Assembly: GCA_008632985.1 (NCBI GenBank) | Contig: QPGO01000017.1 | Location: forward strand, 62,001-126,000 | DNA: 64,000 nucleotides | Direction: 5' to 3' | DNA from: Psammoneis japonica | Taxonomy: Eukaryota | In this document: one piece after another, positions 1 through 11,491 of the stretch | Position numbering within the stretch: position 1 is the stretch's first letter | Layout of the letters: every line of letters begins with the position of its first letter | Made by a program: the position numbers and the translations under genes | The notes under the pieces: generated by a model | What the model saw: the letters and a program-made list of their open reading frames with translations, nothing else | Database searches by the model: none | What the model was told of the DNA's origin: nothing

Positions 1-729
1 AGTTACTTCGAGCCACACTATACCGGTAGTTTTCTGTCAAACGAAAAAACGATGAACTTACCGGTACGTCTTGAAGCGATTGAGACTCAGATCTCCAATC
101 AGTCTCCTCTGAAGAGGATTCCATCATGTTGAAAGTAAACGTACTAGCCCGATCTTCTCTCAATCAACGCAAAACAAAACAGTACGGTAGCGGGCAGCGG
201 CAATTCCTTCACTTCTCATTGTAGCCTTTGGCAATCAAGGAAATGGAATATTATTTGTCGGCCAGCAAATAGATACCCATTAAAATAACATATAAAAATA
301 TATTTGTATTCATGCATTGATTGACATAACCATATTATTTTATTAATAAATTAATATTTTATATACATATTTTAAACGAGCAACATGATATTTTCTGTTG
401 CAATAAATTCATAGATATCCATGTACAAGACAAAACATAAAAAGATATCGATCCCCCCACCACCACCCCAAAGAAGGAAGAATAGAAGGACCCTCTCCCG
501 GCTTGGGAGAAGGACTTGAGGACCCAAAAGGTGGTGGAAAGCCCCAAAGGGTATTCATACAGTACTCTAGTAGGGCCCTACTGTAGAGTTTCTCTCCATT
601 TCGGTATTCCTAGGCCCCCTACCGGTAGTACTCGCACCAACCATGAACCTTGAGGAGGAGGTGACACTTCTAGGTAACCATACGGTATATTGGATTGACT
701 TGTAATTCAGGCTGGTGATAATTTTGCTC

Positions 730-1929
730 CTATTTAAGTGGTATCGATTCGAAATTAAGCTCGTTGTCCGAATTCAACGTGACCATGACTGCTTCGCCTG
801 GGCGGTTAAGTCCAAAGTCCTTGACATTGTCTACCGTGGTAAACGTGTCTCCAATGCAAACTAATTCAGCATCAAAACTAGTTGCAAATATCCTTGCCGC
901 TTCCGTTTCTTCGCCAGCTACCAAACCAGCCAATGCCCTACCACGCAAGTTTCCAAAAATGAATATATCTCTGTCCGCAAGAACCTCTCCTCCAGAGCTA
1001 ACAGAACCAATGATAACCAATGACTGGTTCCTCTCAGCTGCAATCTGCTGCCCTGATCGAACATTCCCATGGAATACTCTGGTACCGCCGACCACTTTCT
1101 CCACATATCTGTCCGAATCTTCCGTGACGCTGTTCATGGCAGGAACGTTCTCAGTTCCTTCGTCAATTTCTTCACAAGACGAACATTGATCAGTGGTGCA
1201 GCCGTTAAGCTCTTCTGCTTCTTCGCTTTCTTCCACCAAACTGACAGGACTTGTTTCGTTCTTGTTCTCTTCTTCCGAAACCCTATTCAGTATTAATTGA
1301 ACAACATCTTTAATTGCAAAGGTCGTATCCCTCTGACGATCCAGTGCGCGACTTTTTGACAAGATTGACGGCAAGCCCAATCGATTGACAGCGTCATGCT
1401 CCAGTTCTGGTGGAGCGTTTGTCACCCCCACAACGGAAATACCAAAGTCACCAAGTGCAGCTACAACTTCAGTCAAGAGTCCTTCATCCGGAGGGACATG
1501 GTGGGGCGATCCATCAGGAACAAGAGCGCCGAGATCTAAAACGATGGGAGCGCTCCATCTAACCTTGCTGTCCTTTGTTTCTTTGCCTCGAAGCATTGAC
1601 CGTATGACTGTTGATGACGGTGATGTTGGGCACTCCTGTATAGCCAGAGAAATGCGCTTCGAGATGGATTCAGCCGTATCGTTCCGCTCTAGCCTCAATG
1701 TGGGCATAATATACGACGAGCCACTAAGGAGTAACGGAGATACGTGTTTTTGAGCACTGTGACTGGGACGAGATGGTCGAGAGGGATTAGCATTCTGAGT
1801 GTTATTTTTCGGTGTTGCCGATCCGACCCAGGTATCGAGGTATTTTTGAACGTTATGAGCATTAGATGACGTTTGACGGCAGAGGATCCGGACACGCTGC
1901 GCAAATGGCAATCGACTTAAGCAAGACAT
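730..1929 (-). CDS. minC: Septum site-determining protein MinC homologue, probably mitochondrion-targeted (399 aa, single exon)
   Basis: C-terminal MinC beta-helix motifs: VFHGNVRSGQQI...SLVIIGSVSSGGEVLADRDIFIFGNLRGRALAG...ARIFATSFDAELVCIG. The N-domain has APIVLDL and ISVVGV motifs. The first ATG at 1929 gives an Arg/Ser/Leu-rich, acid-free N-terminus (MSCLSRLPFAQRVRILCRQTSS) resembling a mitochondrial presequence. Confidence 0.85.
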   Translation of the reverse strand: MSCLSRLPFAQRVRILCRQTSSNAHNVQKYLDTWVGSATPKNNTQNANPSRPSRPSHSAQKHVSPLLLSGSSYIMPTLRLERNDTAESISKRISLAIQECPTSPSSTVIRSMLRGKETKDSKVRWSAPIVLDLGALVPDGSPHHVPPDEGLLTEVVAALGDFGISVVGVTNAPPELEHDAVNRLGLPSILSKSRALDRQRDTTFAIKDVVQLILNRVSEEENKNETSPVSLVEESEEAEELNGCTTDQCSSCEEIDEGTENVPAMNSVTEDSDRYVEKVVGGTRVFHGNVRSGQQIAAERNQSLVIIGSVSSGGEVLADRDIFIFGNLRGRALAGLVAGEETEAARIFATSFDAELVCIGDTFTTVDNVKDFGLNRPGEAVMVTLNSDNELNFESIPLK

Positions 1930-2503
1930 TCTGTTGTAAGTAACGATAACCTTTGATAGCTTGCTGAGATGAAGGTACGGTGGTGTTGCCAGTGGGCGTC
2001 CATTGTGGATCGTGATGAAATAACAACGCAACGCGAGACTGCACTACTGCGAGCCGAAGAAATTCAAATTTGCGCGATGATGACTGCGCTGGTATCAAAC
2101 TTCCGTATGTAGGATTTATACTGGAACTTACGTAACCGTCTGAACTTGAACGGCGCGCCGTTGACCGCGCGAAGGCGACAGCAATGCTGCGGCGGGCGCA
2201 ACAATCAAAAATGGCGGTGAGTGCCTCTCATCTCTCATCACAATCGCACCTACCCAGCGCCACCAACCATCACAATTGCACGTTGACCTCTTGCTACTAT
2301 CATCAGTCAGACTCGCCCTGTCAGTAGGCCTGCAGATTGAAAATAACCTTTCGCGATCAAACGGAGTGTGGTTCTTATCGCGTCGCGGGAGGATACATAC
2401 GGTTGATCATTTTTTGTAAGCGTGTCCGTGCCCGTTGAAAGCAACAACGTCCAGCATACAGCATACGGTCCTTCGACTCGTCACTCAGCAGAGCGCAGCA
2501 CCA

Positions 2504-5500
2504 ATGGAGTCCATACACGATGCATCTGGATCGCAAATGGAGCTCCAGCAGCTTTTTGACGAGATTGTGATGCTGATCAGAGAAACTCCGGTTACGCCCG
2601 AATTACATACCTCAGACGATGAAAGACTGCGCATGTACGGGCTGTATAAACACATCACCTCTGGTCCTTGCGATGGAAAAGACCCACCGTCAATATTCAA
2701 TGTTGTGGCGCGAGCCAAGTACAACGCGTGGGCTCAATGTCGAGGTCAGACAGAACAACAGGCGCAGCTCGCATACGTCGAGTTGGCCGCTTCGCACGAC
2801 AACTGGTTGAGTCACAAGTGCCGCGACATGTTGAATCAATTCAAGGAAAAGCGCTCGACACCAACAACAGAGAGTTGTGACACTTTGAAAGCTCCTGCAC
2901 AAATGCCTGCCTCTGCACGGGCAGTCTCATCTATTGCGCAGGATAAACAAAGCCACTCGCGTGTGGCCGGTTTCTTGGAAAAGCACCTGGGCATTACACC
3001 GCTTATTCCCCGGGGGCAGCTGGATATTTCATATCTAGACTTGGCCTTTGCGGCAGCTCAGTGTCTTCGTCCCGGAGCATCGTCGCTGCATCGATACGCC
3101 CAGTTGGAACGCAAAGTTGCGCAACGTTGGCTCAAGCATTCGCGACAACGTAGGAACGCGACCGATGGGGAAGAGTCAGTTCTTGTTGGGTTATCGGTGA
3201 GGTCCCTCCTAGACTTGTACGTAACTTCGAGGGCATATCCACCAGACTCTGAGATGGTGGTTGTCCCGCCGATAAACATTCCGGGGATGATGGATGTACT
3301 CATATTTCACAACCTCAAGATCGTTGCCGTCGACATCCCGTCATCGCCAGAGGGGTCGATGGACATTCGCGTCGATGTAGATGCGGTGGCAAACGCAATC
3401 ACTGACAAGACGGTAGCGGTAATGGTGGTGCATCCCTTTGGAACTATTTGGACAACACAAGACGATATGCAACGACTACGAGAACTAGCGCAAGTTCGAA
3501 ACTTTGACATTATTGAAGATTGCGCTGAATGTTACACTGGTCTTGAGCCTGACGCATACCTTGGTTCTCCGTGTGCCGACGTGTCACTTTTTTCCTTTGG
3601 AACAATCAAAACAGCTACAGCGTTAGGAGGCGGTGTAGCAGTGCTTCGAAGAAACGAAGGAGCGCTTTGCGGTCAACTGACAAGGATACAGAACACACTT
3701 TATCGACAACAGACGACTTCTGAGTATCTCTGGAAAGTTGTTTTGTTCATGATAGCGAAGTTCGTGTCGGACCATCCTATGCTTTACGGTGTCATTGCCC
3801 AGTGCTGTCATTGTTTTGGAATCAACTTCGACCGCTTGGTGGTTTCTGTGACTAGAGCCTTCGTTGGGCATGCATCGGGTCTTTCAGAGAAAAGAGATCC
3901 GCACCGCGTCAATGACATTCGTCGTTGCAATCTCATGATGCAAATACGGAGGAGGCCGTCCGTTCCATTGCTTTCTCTTCTCAATCGGCGTCTCAGCCAG
4001 CATGAAACGACTGCTAATGCCGTGCGTCTGCGAATTGCAAGATGTCGACAAATGTCGGAGCTCCTACAGGACGCGTCGTCTCATGTCGCCACGCTCAGAG
4101 AGCAGCAGTGCGGGGCTCAAAATTTGTACTGGCTATACCCAATAAAAGTGATGGACCCAGAGAAGGTGTGTCGTTTTCTAAGGGGAAATGGATTCGATGT
4201 GACTCGGGGCACCTCTCAGCTGGGCTGCGTTTCTTCACGCGTCGGTGATTGCCCTAACACAGACCAATTGTTCGGCGGCATCCTTTACCTACCGGTCGCA
4301 AGTCGATTGTCTTCGATCAACGAGATGAAAAGAATAGCTAGTCTATTGCACTTCGGAACTCAGGGCAGTGTTTCAAAGACTGTTAGTGAAGCTTCGCTTG
4401 CAGCAGGTGGTGGAACGAAAGCGGCCTTGCCAATGACAAGATTGATTGGCTTCAAGTCCTTCATCCTGATAGTACTAGTTTTTTGGGATGCTTATTCCTT
4501 CCGTTGCCGCTTTCTTCGCTTGGCGCTACTCACCTCGTTTGCAGTCCTTCCGGCGGTTGCATTCGCATTGAGGCTCTGCATCGCAAATTTCTACATTGAA
4601 TCATCGAAGGCTTTTGCAAAATATAATTTCATGCTCCAGACGAAAGGAGGGGTGCAAGAAAGTCCGCCAACGAGATCGCATCTGGAAAATGGACACAATC
4701 AGTCACGACTCTTGTCCTGCATGCCTGCACTGAGCGTTCCTCAGGTATCGCTTCCAATCCAAAATGATACGACACCAGAAGAGTTTCTCCAGGATCGCCG
4801 TGTGTTTCTAACTGGAGCAACAGGGTTCCTTGGATCTTTGCTGCTTCGTGACATCTTGCTCAACCGAGGTCGTCTAGCGATACCAGCCGGAGTCGTTGTT
4901 CTGTGCCGCTCAAAACACAAGAAGAGCGCTGCCACCAGGGTGTCGGAATTACTCGACGACCCGATGTTCTCATTCTTATCTTCCGATGAAAAGGCAGCTC
5001 TTGTAGTTGTTGTCGAGGGTGACGTGGCGTTGCCCAACCTTGGAATGTCTTCGGACGACATGAGTCTCGTATGCAACGAAATGAACATATCTCACGTTTT
5101 CCATTGTGCAGCTTCCGTAAGCTTTACGCAGAGCCTTCACGATGCTGCAATAACAAATATCTCATCCTCTTTGAAGCTTCAATCTCTGACAAAGAAATTG
5201 AAGAACGTAAGTGCAAAATATGTGTACATCAGCACCGCCTTCGTTCATGGCGCCACAACAGGAACATCTTCGCAGCCTTTGTCCGAAGAGTTGTATCCGC
5301 TTCACCCTTATGATCCTGTCGAGCTCTACCAGTCGATGATGGAAACTGAGTCCTATGCGAGCACTGCGATGCATTCTCTTGGTTTCCCTAACACTTACAC
5401 TTTCAGTAAGTGCGTCTGTGAGCACCTTCTCCTACGGAACCGTGGCGTAAACACGATAATTATCAGACCAAGTATTATCGGACCCGCTGTCCAAGAACCG

Positions 5501-8500
5501 CACGAAGGCTGGGCAGGGAGTAAACCATCTACGATTGTTGCTGCAGCATGCCTGTACTTGAGCTATCAATGGAATTTGTGGTCGTTTGGGAAACAGCGTG
5601 TTCCCTTTATCCCTGTTGATGTCGTCAGTAGATTCGTCTTGTCGGAAGCTTTTTGCGACGGTAATTCTGAAAACGGCGACAGAAAAGCCGTCGACTCCAA
5701 TCCAAATTCGTCGTCACTCTCTTCGGATGATGAGTTCGAAAGAATAAGTAATTGGAGCGGGTCGTCGTTCGGTTCTGAAAGTGTTAGACCGGCTGGCGGT
5801 ATTGCGACCGAAAACGAAGGATACGAGGCCAGCACTATCCACAATGCTGCATTCGACTCGTCTTCTCCTAATTCCGCTTCCTTTTGCTGGATCGATTACG
5901 CCGTCGCGGTTACACACGTAGGTTCCGTCAATGGGTATTTCCAGCGCACAACAGCGTATGTTGGATTATTTTTCACTGTAAAGTTGGTGCCTTATATGGA
6001 GATGAGCATTGAAACATACGAGAGAATACATTACCTATTTGTTTCGCTTCCAGTAGCGACGATTCTGGCTTTTTTCAGATGGATGCGTTGGACTCCCAAG
6101 GTGATACAACGTCTGTCGAAATTGAGCGTCGTCCTGGACCTTCCTCTATTGTTCTTTCCGTTCATGAACAAGACTTTCGCTTTTCAGTCGGATTTAGCGC
6201 TTCCCGATAACTTCAGTGGGGAGAGGTATATGTTTACCTGTGTAGCAGCTGCGGAGCGCTTCATCTCACGAATGCGTTCAAGCGAAGCACCAAGAAAAGG
6301 CAGATTTCACGGGTCAATGCGAGACTCTGTCGCCGTTGTTGGGGGGCAGTCGCAATCGCCGCCGCCGTCGGATCTGTGGTGGGCATGTACTCAACCTCGA
6401 GGCAACTGTGTAATCCGAATTGCAGCCTGGTGTTTTATCAAGATCCTTCGAATGGTTGCTGACGAGGTGACAGTCGATGTAGCTTCTTTCTGTCGTTTAG
6501 CTCAAGCATTCCATGATATAAAGAAAGAGTCTAACGGAGAAACGGCAGATGGTCTCCATATTATCCTCGCGCCCACCCATCGGTCTTTTTTCGATTTCCT
6601 TCTCATAAGCTACGTTTTATTCTCGCTACCAGAGCTAGGCATAGTTTTGCCTTATATCGCTGCCTCTGAAGAATTTGGTCGACTTCCAATACTGGGACTC
6701 TTCGCTCGTTTTGCTGGAGCATTCTTTCTCAAACGTGGTGTTGGTAGTGCTGACCCGTCTCTACAGGTAAAAATAACTTCGCTGAAAGCCAGAGAGGTCA
6801 GTAAGGGCACGGCATGCTTCGAGGTGTTCATCGAAGGACAAAGAAGTAGAGATCGCAGGTTTGTCTCGCCGAAAACAGGATTCTTGCGGTAAGTGTCGTG
6901 GAATGCCCTTTTAAAATGTGGGTTCTATCGCCATTTGATCTCAGCAACGGGCCTATGTCTTGGCTACCTTAGGTGCCTCACAGATACCGGTGGCAATCAT
7001 TTGGTCGTTCCGATCACTATCAACTATGAGCGAATCCCGGAGCAAAGCTCATTGGTGCTCGAAGCTCAAGAAGGAAAACGGCTTACACTGAGCAACCTGA
7101 AGTTGATTCATTGGCTAAAGGTGAGACAGGAACCGTTTGCCAAAGTCAGAACGCTTCTGAGCTTACGCTAGTTGTTCCGATTTCTCTTGTTCCGCTGTCT
7201 AAAAGCGAGTTGCTTCCAACGAGGTCAATCTTGGTCGAATCCACGTTGTCGCCTCACCACCTATCCAGATGAATGCTTCAACAACTTCCAAGGTGACTAA
7301 GGTAGCCCATGAGATTCAGACCCGGCAGAAAGACAAAGTGTACATTTCCGACTTTCACATTAGGGCTGCCTCGATTGTCCTCGATTTGAACTTTGAAAGA
7401 GTTCGTAGAGCCTTGGTTGCAATCGGCTGCAACTTATGGCCTGGAAGCCTCTCGTACACTTTACGTGATGATGATCCCACCGGTATGCTAGAAGAATCGG
7501 TGCTCTGGACGGCAGCTCTTCAGTTTGGACATCATTTGGCGCCTCTTTTTTTGACTTCACACCCGTCTTGGTGTCGATGGCTAAGTCCAAGTCCTGTCGA
7601 GCCCGTTCAACCTAAGGACTATCGAGACAATCTTGATGTATGTGCTGTCAAACACTCACTTTCCACGATGTTCGACAAAGCCGATGCCGCAGTGGACTCC
7701 GCTTTACAGCTGTTAACATCAAAAGGGTTCGCTAACCCCACAGGTACCCACCTTTTTCAGTTCGCATGTTACCAAAACTCCGAAGTACCTTCAATTTTTC
7801 TAAGATCAGCGGCGTGTATGAGGGTGTCATCAGAATCAGACGCCGGTCCATTGCTTGAGGAGGCGTCGCTTTCACGTCTTTCGGAGCAGAATAGTGTGGC
7901 GCATCATCCACATTTGAATTTGAAAGATTTGGAGGCTCTTGGCTCGTGGGGTTTCAAAGATTCGTGTTTCGTTCTAAGTACCTCCCGAGACGGTTCAAGA
8001 AGTGTGACAATGAATGGAGAGAGGTATGATATATGTGGCAAAAGGCTCTCGAATCTCATACCGTTCATTGAACGTGAGACGAAGGTGCCTATTGTCAATA
8101 TGAAAACTGCGCTTCCTTTGACGGTGGCCGAGCCTCCGAATACCTCCTGCGACCTTTCTGCTGAAGATCTGGATGCATTAGAAGAGGCGGTATCGCGGGT
8201 TTCTGTTCATGCATTAGATCGAGCGCGAAATGGCTTTGGTCATTCTCAAGCCGATATATTCTGTCTTCGGAGTGGTTCCTTTTTTCACATGAGGATTCCT
8301 GATGCTGTTGCTTGGCCTTCTTGCGAAAGCGAAGTTATGCGCCTTGCAGAGCTGGCCGTGGACAAGAACTGGTGCCTGATCCCTTGTGGTGGCGGTACAA
8401 ATGTGTCAAACGCCACCCGATGCCCATGCAAAGAAGTCGAACCCCGGCCAATCATTTCTCTCGATATGAAACTAATGAATAAAGTCCTCTGGATAAACGA

Positions 8501-9692
8501 AGAGGACTGCTTGGCTCATGTGGAAGGAGGAATAGTCGGGCGTGACTTAGTTCGAGAACTCGAGAAGCGTGGCTACACGATTGGACACGAACCTGACAGT
8601 ATTGAATTTAGTACGCTCGGTGGTTGGATTGCAACAAAGGCCAGCGGTATGAAGCGAAACAAGTATGGGAATATCGAGGATATTGTGAAAGCTGTGCGCG
8701 TTGCTGGATCAAAAGGAATTCTTTGGCAAGACTCAGGATCTGAACACGGTGCCTTCGGCAGAGAGTCCAGAGGAATTGATCTATGCTCCCTTATCATTGG
8801 ATCTGAGGGATGCTTTGGCGTCGTAACGAGTGCCGTCGTAAGAATCTGGCCGCTCTCAGACTGTCGGCAGTTCGAGAGCGTCATCCTTCCGGACCTAGAA
8901 CATGGCTTGCGATTCGTTAGAGACATCGCAAAGCTTGGACAATCCATGCCTGCTAGTGTCCGACTGTTAGACAACGATCACTTTCGGTTGGGCCAGGCGC
9001 TTGTTGATGACAGCTCTATTCTCAAAACAGTCATGCAAAACATATCACGAATGGCCATGCGAGTAGCCACAAGTTTTTCCTCAGATTCCGTTGTTTGTGC
9101 GACCATCGCGTATGAAGGGAGCAAGTGTGAAGTCTCGCAGCAACGGCAAGCAGTAAAACGCTTATGTACCTTGAACGGAGGGGTACTTGCGGGATCAAGA
9201 ACCGGCCGAGCTGGATATGAGCTGACGTTTGTCATTGCATACTTGCGTGATTTTGCGCTGACTCACTACCTTCTCTCCGAGTCATTCGAAACGTTTGCTC
9301 CATGGTCAAAGTTGGAGGTCATAATCTCTGCGACGAAACGACGCATCAGGGACGAGCACAAGAAGCGTTGTCTTCCTGGATCTCCGTTTATTGGTTGTCG
9401 AGTGACTCAACTGTACCATGAAGGAGCTTGCTTGTATTTCTACTTCTGTATGAACTATGAGAATGTGAAGAATCCTAGCAGCGTTTTTGCTGAGATCGAG
9501 CATTGCGCACGAAATGAAATACTGGAAAGGGGCGGCTCGCTCAGTCACCATCACGGCATTGGGAAGCTTCGTGCACCTTTTCTCTCCGAGATGGATTCCA
9601 GTCCTCTCCAAGACTTACGCCAGTCTTTGAAGGAGACTGTTGACCCTAAGAACATTTTTGGGGCAGGAAATGGTCCTTATTTTCAAGGGTAG
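2504..9692 (+). CDS. Five-domain fusion: acyl-CoA-binding domain / DegT-DnrJ-EryC1-StrS PLP enzyme / fatty acyl-CoA reductase / DHAP(glycerol-3-P) acyltransferase / alkyl-DHAP synthase; join(2504..6888,6973..7120,7206..9692), 2339 aa
   Basis: ACBP: LRMYGLYKHITSGPC...ARAKYNAW. PLP domain: VVHPFG, IIEDCAE, SFGTIKTATALGGG. FAR: VFLTGATGFLG, FHCAASVSF, YISTAFV, NTYTFSK, IIRPSII. Acyltransferase: PTHRSFFD, GAFFLKR, FIEGQRSR, VVPITINYERIPE, LGRIHV. AGPS: IPCGGGTNVS, GHEPDSIEFSTLGGWIATKASGMKRNKYGNIED, GSEG, GGSLSHHHGIGK. Introns 6889-6972 (GTAAGT..TTAG) and 7121-7205 (GTGAGA..AAAG) join three ORFs in frame; total 7020 nt. Confidence 0.88.
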
Positions 9693-9920
9693 TAGATGAG
9701 GTAGCTATGTTGTACCGGTAGGAAGAGCCTGTCACCGGAGTTGGTAAACGGATTCGTGTATCCAAATTTTCAATTCAATTTGCAAGACTACACGCAAGTG
9801 AACATCTGTGTGTCTTCTAGCTAGCAGACAGCAATACAAACTGTAGCTAGAGTGTTCCGCAGTCGTCTTGGCTTCCCTTCGTGTTGGCAGTGCACATCGG
9901 GTTCTGTCGGGACACAACTG

Positions 9921-11236
9921 ACTTCTGTGTCGAGGACGGCCTCTGCTAGCTCCTAATGTAGAGATGGGTTCTGTAACCTGCCTGCTGTTCTTTAGAGTGC
10001 AGTCTACTGGGACCGTACATTACTTGCTACAAAAAATTAGAAAAAACCATGTGGTGCCGGGCGGAGAGTGCGTAAATTTCTAGAGCAGTGTGGACATGCG
10101 AGCAGAGCAGCACAGCCAGGTCCCTGGCAAGGATTTGGTCCCTCTGTTGGAGACATCTTGTGTCCCTGGCAGAGCTCACCAACCCGCAATGAGTTGCAGG
10201 GGGTCTCGGTGTCACTCCAACTCCCATCTTCAACAATGGACGGTGCCTTGCAGATGAAAAACTGCTGGATGTGTCTCCATTTCAAACAACAAGAACAACA
10301 CATTGATGAAACCCCCACTTCCAGTCAGAAAAGAAAAGGATGGTGCTTTTGATGATGACAAAGATTGCCTTTCTGAATTCTGTGATTTGGCAAGTTGGTC
10401 ACAGCACATGCATCTGGTCAGACAGTGAAGAAATTCTTCCCTTGACCACTTCCCAACAACAGCACAAATCATGTGTTGAACTCTGTGATCCAGCAAGTTG
10501 GTCATGACCAACTGATTCTTTTCAGCTGGTTGCCTCACAATGGTGGATCTTGGCACATCAGGGTCACCTCTTTTCAAGCAGTGGAGTTCTTCAGCTGATC
10601 CATCAAGTTGCTGCAAATTGTCAAACCAGAAACCCCACTCAACCCCATTGCAAGTTGCTGTCCTGCTTGAGAGTGCAGCCAAACCCCCTTGCTTGAAAAT
10701 GTGACAATGCCAAATGTGAGCAGACTCTGCCACAGGGTGAATTTTGGCTGACTGCTGTTTGCTGTGTTTTGCAGGAAGAGCCCATGACCATTTTTGAGAG
10801 AGGAGCTGGCTGGTGGTGTGCACGGGGACTCGTGTGCCCAAATTTTCCACACTCAATTTGCAGCGCTGTCCTCCCCAAACCCGTGCACAGGAGAGGCAAG
10901 CAAGCACCCATCTTTCAGCAGACAGCTGTGCAGTCTGCAGCTGGAGAGCATTCTAAGGTCACCTTGGCTTCCCTTCTTGTGTGTGTTGGGAGCACACATC
11001 AGGTTTTGACCTGTCGATGATCCCCCTGCTGTGATGGTGGTGGTGGTGACTGGCTGGAGTGGCTGCAACTTCTGTGTCTCGAGGATGTCCAAACTGCGGC
11101 TGGCCCCACGCAGTCAGGGTGGGCTCTGCAACCTGCCACGCTGCTCTAGCTACTAGCTAGAGCAGAGCACCTCTAAGTTACTTTGAAGCCAGTGGCTCTG
11201 GGGCCCAGCAGGGGCACTGCATGTACTTGCTGTACA
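9921..11236. mobile_element. Degraded ~1.2 kb repeat/TE relic bounded by degenerate direct repeats
   Basis: No TpA between 10083 and 10953 and few CpG. The flanks 9921-10031 and 11068-11236 share blocks such as ACTTCTGTGT(CT)CGAGGA and TGGG(T/C)TCTG(T/C)AACCTGCC. No credible ORF. Confidence 0.55.
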
Positions 11237-11491
11237 GTGCGGTGGCGGGGCGCCTGCCACAAAAAGTCGCGCGAGCAGTTTTCTTTCGCGCGAATTCGAT
11301 TGAACGCGAAGGAAACGCGCAGAATCGCGCAGAAGCCGAATCTTTTCCGTTGTCCTACGCAAGGATTGTACTGGAAAAGTGTATGTGGAAATATACTACA
11401 TTTCTGTACTGGTATTGGACTTCAACAAAAAGAAGCGTCACATCATGTGTGGCTGGAAAAAGGTCACAAAATTGCTTCCACAGCAGTCACC

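Noticed and set aside
276..551. AT-rich then GC-rich segment bounded by TA-CCC...GGG-TA, a possible MITE
   Set aside because: The inverted match is only ~6 bp and there is no second copy in the window.
2435..2503. ORF-track start (TTG) of the 1485-aa ORF; likewise the non-ATG starts at 2031, 11183, 14430 and 42050
   Set aside because: This is a eukaryotic locus. Downstream ATGs or a spliced first exon give coherent N-termini.
7269..9692. Stand-alone alkyl-DHAP synthase gene
   Set aside because: The frame is open upstream of the ATG and carries the acyltransferase LGRIHV..P motif, and canonical introns connect it to the upstream ORF. A fusion is more parsimonious, though cDNA proof is lacking.
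11267..11335. CGCG-rich cluster with TTTCGCGC (E2F-like) upstream of APR
   Set aside because: Short motif that is common in GC-rich promoters; no supporting evidence.
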